NCBI GenBank assembly: GCA_951406725.2
Contig: OX597838.1
Coordinates: forward strand, 31,558,001-31,622,000
Direction: 5' to 3'
Origin: Octopus vulgaris
Lineage: Eukaryota
Length of the DNA: 64,000 nucleotides
Shown here: positions 25,016 through 36,353 of the stretch, one piece after another
How positions within the stretch are numbered: position 1 is the first letter of the stretch
How the letters are laid out: each line of letters starts with the position of its first letter
Notes under the pieces: model-generated
Databases searched by the model: none
What the model was told of the DNA's origin: nothing
Seen by the model: only the letters and a program-made list of their open reading frames with translations
Position numbers and translations under genes: made by a program

Positions 25016-26964
25016 GGTATTAAGAAAAGTATCCAAGTATACCAAAAGTGGAATGCATGAGGAAGATTGGTTGAGGGCTCTTTCAATTTCCATACATTTT
25101 TCTTCAGATTGTCTTGGATTTCTTGATCAGTTTAGCTCTTTAAAGTCACTAATTATTAGTGTATGTTAGGTGTAGTTCTTCACCAAGAAAAGATTTTTCA
25201 TTCAAAACAGTCTGTCTTGCTTTCTGGTAAGTAGGAGGATCTCATAAAACTGGTCCTTCTGTTCATCTGCCACTCCTAAGTGTGGTGTGTATGTAGATGT
25301 GATAGTCATGTTGTCTAAGGCTTCATTATTCTACTACACTCTCTATCTCAGTTACTTTATCCACTTCTCTGCTAACAATGTGCCTATTCTGCTCACCTCA
25401 TTGCTGTTACCTGTCCAGAAGAATTTGTAAAAAGCATCAGTGCTGGTGTCACATAAAAAAGAAACCAATGCCAGTTCCACATAAAAAGCACCATTTAAAA
25501 AGCAACCAATGCACTTCGTAATGTAGTTGACATTAGGAAGGGCATCCAGTCTTAGAAACCATGCCACAACAGACAATTGGAACCTGGGCAGCTCTCTGAC
25601 TGGTTGACTTCTGTCAAAACGTCCAACCCATGACAGCACGGAAAACAAACATTAAATGATGATGATGAATACAATATCTATAATGTGTGTCTGTGTGTGT
25701 ACATACATATGTATATATATATAACTTCTGAATAATTGAATTGTAACTTATTAAATTAGGTCTTCTTCTGAAAGGAATATTAAGAAATTTTAACCAGTTC
25801 AATTTACAGTCAGTGATTTCAGTATTTCTTTTGTCATCAAAATTCATTTTAATGAAAATGCTTGAAATATCTTTTTCATAAAAAGCTATTTTTATTTTTG
25901 GTCAGAAAACCAAAAATACCAGGAAAAGAAAATGCAAAAAAAAAAAACTCCAAAAAACAAAACAAAACAAAAACAAAACATAAGCAAACAAACGAAAGAA
26001 GTATTTTAACAACTCCAACCACCCTTCCTTGCTCTGTTTTCAATGAGTCATTAGTAAAAAATTGATACAGTTCTGTTTGTTCTGTTTTTTGTTTAATTAT
26101 TTATTCTTATGAAAAATGCTGGTTATTCATCTGAGCTTGATTTAAAATTCTGCCTTGTCTGTGTGCATTTAAAAAACTGTAATGTCTTGTTTATAGTTGT
26201 CACTTTATTCTATTTTACACGGCAATATTTAGAAAACTATTAAAGCATTCAAAATATATATTTATTTATAGGGGAAGCTTATATAAGGTAATGTGAACTA
26301 TTAAACCTTCCTTTTTGGAACTCTTGCTCTTTGTAACTGGAGGTGCAATTTTCTGACTCATCTTGTCTCTGTTCTTTCACAATACACTCTACAACACTAT
26401 TTCCTTCTATCATTTTCAGCTTGCAAACTAATTCTTAAATTATAATTAGATTATTTGTTTTCAGTAATTTTATGTAAATTTCATCTTTTCTTAATACTGT
26501 GATGGATTAGCGAAATCACGAGAATGTCAGACAAAATGGCCTGGCAGTATTGTTTTTGAGTCTACATTCTGAGTTCAAATCCTGCCAGGGTCAGCCTTAA
26601 TCCTTTCTGTGCTGATGAAATATAATATCTGTCAAGTACCGGAGTAGATTTAATTGATTAATCCACCAAATTTAGGCCTCCCTCTTCCAAATTTCAGGTT
26701 CTCTGTGTATGTTGGAAACAGCTATTAGCTCTGTTAGCTTTGTTAGAATATCAGATAAAATATCTTATAGTATGTAGTTATGGTGTTTTATAGTCCAAGT
26801 TCAAATACCACTAGGTCAAATTTGCCTTTCATCCTTTTGGAGTCTATAAAATAAAGTACCAGTTAAGTACCAGGGTTAATGTATTTATTTATTCTCCTAT
26901 CCCCAAATTTGAGGCCTTGTGTCTATTTTAAAAACTATAATTATTGTTATTTTCTTCATTAGGT

Positions 26965-27541
26965 CACTTGTACTAAAAGAGTTCAGGTGGCTCCTAAGGG
27001 TCCTGAACAATGTCGAAATCTCACCACTGTAGAGAAAGGCAGGACAAGGAGGACTAGAGACCTAAAGACCTGAACCTTTGTCCTCCTGTTCAGATATCAG
27101 CAGTGCCAAACATCCTTGTTCAATGAGTTCACAATTGCACCAGTCCATCTTGGCCTTTTTCAGGACTTCAGACTCACAGCTTATGTGACTGAATTTTGCT
27201 GCTTGAGAACTCTGACAACAACTCTGACATTCTCCCCCAGAACAGACAAAGTAGAGTCCTCCAAGAAGCCAATGAAAGACTTGACCTTTGTCTTGGTCCA
27301 AAAGACTCTAAGACCGAGTGGTGTCATTTCCTCATTCAGTTAAAAGAGAGCACTTCTTAAGATGGCTCATGTTGGTCAACCACATGCCACATGGTCACAG
27401 CAGATAAGGACGTATCTTGTGGAGATGGGGACTGACTGGGACCCTGCTCAGTGGGTTGCTCAGGGTGACCTGAGAATATACTGACAAATGAAGAATGCAG
27501 CAATGCGCTGCTACAGCACAAGCCCCCACATCTGACCTGAC
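26965..27541 (+). mobile_element. RTE-clade LINE, 5'-truncated with 5' inversion and TSD
   Basis: The minus strand ~27305-26965 reads WTKTKVKSF...NSLNKDVWHC*YLNRRTKVQVFRSLVL..LYSGE. The plus strand ~27340-27541 is the decayed C-terminus ending ctgacctgacct. TSD ctt(c/t)attaggt at 26954-26964 and 27542-27552. Confidence 0.75.
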
Positions 27542-28559
27542 CTTTATTAGGTTGGTGAGGTGACAGAACTGCTTTATAGTATTGTTTCATATCTCCCTAT
27601 TTTAAGTTTGATCCTGTCTTTGCCAATTTTATTGTTTTTCTCTGAGGGTTGATGGAATAAATATCAGGTCTGTAATTGGATTCATTAAATTGATAATATT
27701 TATCCCTCAAAAATGTGTAGTCTGTGTTAAAATCACGATTATAAGTACCTTGTTGCTGAAGCCAGATCCTATCTATATGTGGTACTTTGTGTTGGTCTAT
27801 AGTATCCAACTGATAATCCAGGCATGGCCATCCCATTTACTTTTCTGGCATATTATATCCAGGAATAAATTGTCCTGTATTGATTTTTAGACTGATAAGA
27901 TGAAGTTTGAAGATTTGGCTGTTACATTGGTAAGGTCAAGCAACTTACATCGAGATTCTCTTGTTGCTGTGATGGATGGTTATTTCTATTGCTGTCCACT
28001 GAACTCTACAAGGGGCTGTGATATGTGGTTGCTGAAGTTTCCACAACAGCAACAAAAGAGGTTGAAAAATTATGCTTTGTTTTCTAAATTTAAAAAAATT
28101 CTTTTAGTCAGTGGGGAAGGTCGAGCCATATGACCCTTCATAGAACCCCCAAAACTAGAGGGAGAGAGGTAGTGGAGTATCCTCAATCTGGAGACCTGAT
28201 TTGAATGCTTGTAACAGGAGTCGACTTTGCTAAAGGCTTGTAAAGGTGCTGGGGGTGTTAAACTGGGTGGAGGGGTTAAATCTACCACCCAACGGACCAC
28301 ACTGGGACTAGAACTCAGAATGTAAAGAACCAGGACAAAAGCCACAAAGGATCCAATCTGATGTACTTTATTTATCAAGCCCTGAAAGGACGGAAGGCAA
28401 AGTCAACCTCAACAGGACTTGAATGCAGAACATCAAATATTGGAACAAATCCCATGAGGTTTTCTGTTCAATGCTCCAATTTACCACCTTGTGATAGTAA
28501 TTCACTCACTTGCTCTTGCTTGATGGGGCTGGGGGTCATCCCAGATTAGTAGAGCTGAC

Positions 28560-28930
28560 TAGGTCCACCAGTGTCCCCACCCCATAGCTAGTGGTCTTTT
28601 GCCAGACCCTTTGCATTCTTTTTGGTCGGGGGCATGCAGGGCCCCAGCCTGATGTTGGGCTGTCCTGTTTCTTCTGGTTGGTGTTGTAATAGGTTGAAGG
28701 TTCTTTTGGGCAGGTTGTTGGCTCTCTGCAGAATAGTTAGAATAGTGGAGCTGCCATCTTGGTGGTGAGCCGACATGCTGTAGGTCACCGTTAGTCTGGA
28801 ACTTTCCTGGGAGACTGGCCCACCTAGAATGGCCCTACCAGGAGCAATGCTCCTGATGGTAACATTCTCCCTGATCTACAGAGCATACGAACCCCCTCAC
28901 CACAACAAGGCCAAACTCAGGAGGAGGTGT
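28560..28930 (-). mobile_element. Probable RTE/Expander-type LINE 5' UTR fragment
   Basis: Minus strand gccttgttgtggtgagggggttcg...gctcctggtagggcc...gttccagac resembles, from memory, conserved RTE/Expander 5' ends; GC-rich relative to the flanks. Confidence 0.5.
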
Positions 28931-29282
28931 TATAGTAATTAAAAAGCTAAAGAATGGTTGTTAATATAAATGTCAAACTGATTACATCTAATCTCATAAG
29001 GGACAGAATTTTACTGATTGAAAAGGTCATTGACTCAAAATGTTTTTTCTAAGTCATAAAATACAAAATTGACTAAAATCCAATAGAGTAGATACATAAA
29101 TATTTTTCAATGGAGACAAGCCAAATATTTGAAATAATTTCAAGGATGTACTTATTAAACCAGGGACTGAACAGCAATAATATTAAAGCAATTACCTCCC
29201 AAACCAAAGATGAGTCTCTGTGTAATTAGTCAACCTGCTTGAAATATTAGCTGAATCACTTTCAAATTACACTCTAATGTAA

Positions 29283-29512
29283 TAACACTTTTGCATTTAA
29301 ATCAGCTGTTTATGGTCCAAATACTCTACCTGTTTTATTTTGTTCAAACCAGCCAGATCTGGTCTCTGACACCTACCCTACAATGTCATTGAAAAATAAA
29401 ATAACCACAACATTGAAATTATGCAGCTATGAGATAATGCATGATAAATTTGAAACAGTGTGGATGAATAAGCATTACGTTTGACAGAGTAATCTAAATG
29501 TTGAAAGGTGAA
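29283..29512 (+). mobile_element. MITE family F (piggyBac-like), degenerate
   Basis: Body ccagatctggtctc...cacctaccctacaatgtcatt...ataagcattac shared with 42980-43603, 53075-53517 and 63762-63982. Confidence 0.7.
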
Positions 29513-29729
29513 AGCAAAGAGATACATGTATTCAAAATAATGTTATCTTGGGTACATTATATCAAATAACTGATTTTAATGGCTTGAACACTTTTGATCA
29601 TAGGTTTATGCAACAAGCGTGACCTAGGGTTAAAAAACAATATATACCCTTTTAGTTTTTTAAGTCCAAAGGTGTGCAAATGGATCACTGTAGATAGGAT
29701 TAAGCATCTTTTCTCTTAATCATTTTGTT

Positions 29730-29940
29730 GTTGTTTAATTATAGGTCGGCCCTGTTTTAGCAGACTTTTGATCAAAGGCTTTCCACATGTGACCACACTG
29801 TTTTGTTTTCAGGAATAGGGTATCTATGACTATGTTTAAATGGGAGCTTTTTATTTTATTTAGATAGTAAGGTGTGATTTGAGGGGATTTGATTGCTGTA
29901 TCTAACAGGTCACATGATCACTTACAGGCTTCCTCAGTTT
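29730..29940 (+). repeat. Family G unclassified ~200-bp dispersed repeat (representative copy)
   Basis: Approximate consensus ggtcagccctgatcaagcagacctatgatcaaaggcattccagccatgaccatc...gactacattatccaatg...gtgtgatttgagggagatttggctgctatttctagcag. Other copies near 5870, 6670, 6890, 11330, 12190, 18330(-), 21450, 23580(-), 27740, 37010, 37140, 45160, 50280, 52960, 54910(-) and 62595. Confidence 0.75.
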
Positions 29941-30770
29941 GTTTATCATGTTGTTTGAGATGGGACAGTGCCCCATACACTAAGGGTTCTCCAAACTGAT
30001 TAGGTTGACTGTTCTGCAAGTTGATGCTTTTAGAAATAAATATGGAAAGAAGGGAGTTCTAGATGGTTGCAGTTCCATGGAAGAAGGATTAGTTGAGGTA
30101 TATAGTGTTGAATCAGGTATCTGAGACACATTTGGGATGATAAGGGCTTATGTTCTGCTACTGTTTAGTTTTCTAGTTCAGATAAACAGAAACTGTTGTA
30201 GTGGGAGTAGATGAGACAAAGGAAGGATACAGCATGTTGGTTACCTACTGATTATTGTGTCATGCTGTCAGTCTGCTATTCCCCTGTTTAGGATTTGGCC
30301 TAGAATGTTTGTATTTAGAAACATTAATCCCTTTGTCTTTGGTGTTTGAATAGTACTCTAATGTAAGTCACACTTGCACTTTGTAGAGGACTAAAAACTA
30401 CTCACAGCAGAAGGATTTTTTATCTCTCTGGCAAAGAAGCATAATTTTGGGTTGCAGTTTTGGCTATTAGTGATACGTAATTCATCCTATTGCTCTGAGT
30501 GAACTCATTAGGGCTCCATTATATATATAACCTTATATGTGGGGTAACAATATTTCTTGTGGTAACTGTCTCCTCCTCTGTAAGCTGTGTGAAAATTTTA
30601 ACCCAAAACTGCTTCCTAATGAAACAGTTAAGGATCCCTGCAGCTGCAGTATAGGGCTGTACTTTCTAAATGTGTTATTGGTGGCAAGATATGAACCTTT
30701 GACACTTGGTGTGTTTGGCTGGTATACTTTTGGTTCAACCAGATGTGACTGTCATAATATTGCTACCTTA

Positions 30771-31364
30771 CAAGAAATCGAAGAGGTGAAGGATTACATC
30801 TACTTGGGGCACACAGTGAATATTTGCTGAGATATGGATGTTGAAATCTCAAAGAGAATAAGAGCTGGATGGAAGGCATTTAAAGATGAGCTCAAAACAA
30901 AGGCTAGACAATGTCATACATGCCAGACTCTTCAGTAGCACTGTCCTACCTGTGCTCTTATATGCAGGTGAGATGTGGGCTATTGCGACTAGGATAGAAC
31001 ATCGACTGGCCACAACACAAAGGGCCATTGAAAGATCAATGCTAGGAATATAATTAAGAGAGTACATTCAAAATGAGATAATCCGAGAATGGAGCAGAGT
31101 GAATAATGTGATCACAAGTTCCACTGGGTTAGACATGTCATAAGGTTCATGGACAACAGGTGGAGCCATCCAGTTGCCAAGTGGTATCTAAGAGATTAAG
31201 CAAGACCACTCAGAAGGCCTCTATGATGATGGGAAAACTATTTGATTAAGCAATTTGGGTCAAGCTGGAAAAGAAGGGGCAACCAAGACAGAATTAGAAG
31301 CGCATTGTGACCAGTGGTGTATAACAGCATCTGATTGTCTGGGTGATACTGTGACACTGTGATA
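30771..31364 (+). mobile_element. RTE-clade LINE 3' fragment, decayed ORF
   Basis: EIEEVKDYIYLGH...EISKRIRAGWKAF...STVLPVLLYAGEMWA...ERSMLG; ends in a gtgatactgtgacactgtgata repeat tail. Confidence 0.85.
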
Positions 31365-31415
31365 TAGAAATGCAGTCTTTGGATTGTGGGTTTAAGATTT
31401 ACAGTGTTGAGTTTA

Positions 31416-31621
31416 CGGAGATGTACTTGCATAGCAAGTGACTTGATCTGAGATCGTGTGCTGAAACAAACACAATTGCAGCATGGAAGGTGTTTATAAA
31501 CCATTTAAAAAACACACATAAAAAAAAACCCATTAGACTCACTTCAGCATTTAAATTTAATTTGTGTCAAAATATTTTCGTTGCTTTGAAACCGCGACCT
31601 GTTCACTGACAAAACTTCGCA
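31416..31621 (-). mobile_element. Small insert, probably a Penelope-like pLTR or retrozyme-like unit
   Basis: Flanked by the 9-bp direct repeat ttgagttta (31407-31415, 31622-31630) and carries a minimal type I hammerhead motif. Confidence 0.5.
31565..31614 (-). ncRNA. Candidate minimal type I hammerhead ribozyme, G3-C8 core variant
   Basis: Minus strand: UUUUGUCA-GUGAACA-G-GUCGC-GGUUUCAAA-GCAAC-GAAA-AUAU-UU-UGACA. Stem I UGUCA/UGACA; stem II GUCGC/GCAAC (one mismatch); palindromic stem III AAUAUU. Confidence 0.55.
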
Positions 31622-34396
31622 TTGAGTTTATAGAAGCATTATTGACCATTTTTATGTCTGTGTTGTAATGTAATTTCATATGAAAGATTCCATTAAAATT
31701 TTCATTGGTAATGATATGTGGTACAGATAATTCTATTTGACATTATTTCTGTTCTCATGGGTACTGTCATTGAGTTTTTTTTTCAAGTTTAAGCACGGCT
31801 ATATTAGTTAACAGTTATTTATGAAAGAAAATATTGATGGTATGAACTTGGTCTGGAGTCGCAACGGTTTTGAATATAGCATGAAATTATCATAGCTGCT
31901 GTAAATGGAAGGTAGAATAGCACAATGAGATAAGGCCTGCACTATTGTGCAAGATGATCTAGCTTAGAATTTGAGGAAATGGAATAAGGTTAGTAGAATG
32001 TTATAGCTTGAGTGAGCATTATATAAAAAAAAAAAAAAAAGGGGGAGAAGAAAGAAATTCAAGAGTTGGATTTCAGATAATAATCATTATAGAACCATAT
32101 GGAGAGAAAAGCTGTATGTTGATAAGATGATGAAGGAAATATCACAAGAAGCTGAGAGGTGTGGCTGAGAAATGAGAAAGTGTAGAGTGTATTATAAGTG
32201 TATTTATCAAAACAGTAATTGAAGTGAGAATTCTTGTGTTTGAAATGGTGTCATTACTACTTTTATGTAGCAGTGGGAGGAAGAGGAGGAGGAGGGGGAA
32301 GAAAAGAAAGAAAGAAAGTGAAATCCTTGTAATATTTAACAAACACCAATCCTTTTGAATAATGTTTTTAGATTTCAGTGTTTCTCTGCAATTATAATTA
32401 TAGTTGAATGTAGTGATATGATATGATGGCCTTGTCAACTATAGCAAATGTGATACACTGACGGAGAGAGACAAACAGTTATTAATTTCCTTGTTGAATG
32501 AGGTATAATCACATACAATCATTTGGTTGTGTTCAATCTTTGTTTTCGGCTTTAAACAAAACATTAAAGTGATAAATGTGGCCATAACACTTCAAATGTT
32601 CGTATTATCATGTATTGTTTGATTTCAGATAATAATAATAATAACAGACAACAATGAACCATATATAGCAACACATTAAGTCGACTGATTTGATTGAGAG
32701 GAATAAATTACATTTCTTCTTTTTTTTTTTTTTATCATCATTGCTTGACTAAGCAAAAAGATCATTTGAGATCAGATTTTTTCCACCAATTCCTGTCTGC
32801 ATGTAAGACAGTCTTTTGTTAATTTAGTGGTTTTAGAAACAGTTCAGTTAATTTGGATATTGCTTGAAAATACACTTTATTAGTCAAGCAGAATTATTAT
32901 CATTATTAATTATTTCGATAAAGATAGGTTCTATTGTATTGTGAAGAGTAAGCTAATCCCCACTCTTCTAACAGTTGTAGTCAATTATAGACATAATCTA
33001 ATTTAATATGAAGCAGACAGTAACGTGTACATAGAAAGAAGAAGTGACTAGGTTATCATCAAATGTCTGTACATGTTTCAGTGTGTTTATCTATTCTTTT
33101 GAATATTTACCTTTTGCGGCTACAATCCCACTGAAATTTTATTTAATTTCTGATTTGTATTTAATTATTATTTTTTTTAATTTTTTATATTGTACATAAA
33201 GGGAGTCATCTTGAAAAGATTCAGCTATCGGATGATTAATTACAAACTGAATAAAGGGCAAACGATGATTTCAAATTATACTCCCACATTGTTCCTGCTA
33301 TATAGTATTTTCACTTACAAATTCCAATCACCTTCACTTACCATAAATATTTAAATCTAGGCTTGCTGATTATGTCAGCTTTTAGAAAAACCACAGATAC
33401 ACTACTTCTTTGATGCCTCTTCCTCCTCCTCCTCCCCCTGCCTCCATTCTCTTTGTGACTGTCAGTTAATTATGGAAACTTTAGTTCTGTAGTGAAAGCT
33501 GATTGGTGTTTTCTTTTCAAACATGGATTGACATTACTGATTTTTCCCTAAACTTCTAACGTGGAAGGTATTAGAAATTAGAACTCTTGAAATGTTGAGC
33601 AAACTAGCATCAAAGAATAGAAATATATTATAAATCTGTATGTGGTGATGATGATGATGGTGGCATTACAACGACGAAACGTTTGTAATAACTCAGATTC
33701 CATTGCCTTAACCATAGTCAGGCAGGTCACCATCTGGCAGCAAATAATGGCAAATCTCAACCCACAAAGGGTTCCTTATTTGTTCTTTACAATCCACAGC
33801 TGCTGATGAATGGAAGTTCTACTGCTGCATCTGGAAGTGGGCGGGGTGGGATGCAGAAAGAACTTTGGACCTATCATAATATTAAAAAATGTGATGTTTG
33901 TAACACAAATATTAAATAAATTACATATATAGCAAGCATCTTTTTAATTGCGTGTACACAAACGAACACGTCTATAATGAGACACCCGTTTGGATATAAC
34001 CAAGGGGAGGCAGTATAGATTATCACTAGGAGGAAGAGCAGGTGATTAGAGAGAGAGGAATGAAGAGGAGGAGGCTGGGACCTGCAGCAAGCAATGTCGT
34101 GTGAATGAGGTGGGTTGGTGAGGGAAAACTGCAGAAGTATTCCTAGGGAACAGCTTCTGTTCTGTTACATGATACCACCTCATCTTAAAAATTGCTAATT
34201 AAACTAGCTTTTATTTGTTTGTTTGTCATTCTAATGCTTTATCAACATCTTTAAGAATCTCAACCAGCTTCTTTACATAACACTTGCGTTTGTTTACCCT
34301 TAACCTTAGATAAATGTAAAATTTTGAAATATTTGTTGATTGAGAATTCCAAACAAAAATAACATACATTCATACATATATACTTCTGTGTTCACA

Positions 34397-34436
<40 letters not shown>

Positions 34437-34680
34437 GAGTATGTATCTCATACTACACCATTTTTTAATGCCACTTTATCTCAACGGATTTATTGGGGTG
34501 GGGTTCTTTGGTAATAGAATGAGTGTACCAATACTACAATATTCTAACATGTATAATAGTATACAATATTTTAGTGTATATAATGTCTCGCGTGATATTT
34601 TACACATTAGAAAAGGTTTATATGAGCTTCGCAGTTATACAAGATATTAAATTGTACACACAGACAGACTCATACACATA

Positions 34681-35385
34681 CAGGTTGCTGTTGACTTACA
34701 GCCTATCTAACTTATGACCAATCGACTTTACGATGATTGGCATGCCAGCTCCAAGGCAGCAATAAAAAATAGTCCAGTTGAAATCTAATAGATTTAGTTT
34801 CTTTGAATTTAACCCATCTATGGATGATGTCAGCTAACAAATGCTTCCCCTAGGTTTGGTTATTGATCAACACTGTCAGACACCTTGACTGGCTTCCGTG
34901 CCGGTGGCACGTAAAAAGCACCAATCCGATCGTGGCCGTTGCCAGCCTCGCCTGGCACCTGTGCCGGTGGCATGTAAAAAGCACCCACTACACTCACAGA
35001 GTGGTTGGCGTTAGGAAGGGCATCCAGCTGTAGAAACACTGCCAGATCAGACTGGAGCTTGGTGCAGCTTTCTGGCTTCCCAGATCCCCTGTCGAACCGT
35101 CCAACCCATGCTAGCATGGAGAACGAAGATGATGATGTGTTGGATGATTGTCCTGTCGTGGAGACATCGAGGCGATTTCGTATTTGCTTATAAGAAGATT
35201 GCTTGAGACTCCGAAATTTTTGACTAAAACCAGTGTAATAGTATAACATAGAATGCTGTGTGTGACTTTTACCTTTGAATATACCTTAAAGATGTAAAAA
35301 TATAAAACAAAGCTATGTAAGCCCACAGGCCAACTTACGACCAGTCAGTTGGAACCAACTATGGTAGTAAGTCAACAACAACCTG
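34681..35385. mobile_element. Tigger/pogo-like non-autonomous DNA transposon interrupted by a family A copy
   Basis: TIRs caggttgctgttgacttac / gtaagtcaacaacaacctg; TA at 34679-34680 and 35386-35387; subterminal acttacgacc-like motifs. Confidence 0.8.
34884..35137 (+). mobile_element. Family A retroposon nested in the Tigger-like element
   Basis: Two gtgccggtggca(c/t)gtaaaaagcacc subrepeats, aggaagggcatcc, ccaacccatgctagcatgg...gatgatgat. Confidence 0.88.
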
Positions 35386-36319
35386 TATTGTGTAACTAAA
35401 AAGCTTGGCTTAGCTGTGTGACTGAGAAGTTTGCTTCCTGACACTGTGGTTTTCAGGTTCAGTTCTTCTGTGCAGCATCTTGCATAAATGTCTTTTACTG
35501 TAGTTGATTCAACTTGCCTCAGTACATACCTGGTGCTTATTTCGTCAATTGGAGAAAGATAAAATGCAAGGCCAGCTTCAGCAGGATTTGAACATAAAAT
35601 GTTACAAGGCATTATCATTTAACATCCATCTTCTGTACTGGCACAGGATGGACTGTCTGGCAGGATCTGATGCCTTGGAGGAATGCATCATGCTCCAGTA
35701 CCTGCTTTGATATGGCTTCTACAGCTGGATGTCCTTCCTAATGCCAGCCACTTTACGGAGTGTACTAGGTGCTTTTCTTGTTGACCATCACTAATAAAGA
35801 CTAGTTTATACCATCAACCTTAAGATTTGGCTGGTACTTTATTTCATCAACCTTTAAAGGATGAAAGGTGAAGTTGACCTCAGCAGGAATTAAACTCAGA
35901 ATGTAAAGAATTAGGATAAATACTTCAGGGTATTTTGTCCAGGACTGTAATGATTCTGCCATTCCACTGTTAATGATGATAATTATAATTTTGGCATAAG
36001 GTAGGCACTTCTGAGGGGAAAGGTAAAATTGATCCCCCACTACTTATTTTAGTTAAGCCTGGTATTTATTCAATCAGCCTCTTTTGCTGGACTGCTAAGT
36101 TATGGGGATGTAAACACACCAACACTTGTTGTCGAGCAGTGATGAGAGACAAACACAGATGCCAACACACACACGCACACACATGACAGGCTTCTTTTAG
36201 TTTGTGTCTACCAAATCCACTCCCAAGGCTTTGGTCAGCCTGAGGCTATATTAGAAGATTCTTGCCCTATGTGCCATGCAATAGGAGTGACATGCTAGTG
36301 ATTGTGCCAGTTTGATGCC

Positions 36320-36353
<34 letters not shown>

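Noticed and set aside
33800-33830. CTGATGA matches (also near 4232, 26612, 51432) as canonical hammerhead cores
   Set aside because: None is followed by a stem II hairpin plus GAAA with a closing stem I.
35185-35230. Second hammerhead-like motif (...gagactccgaaattttt)
   Set aside because: No CUGANGA or covariant core and no stem I pairing; it lies inside the Tigger-like element.
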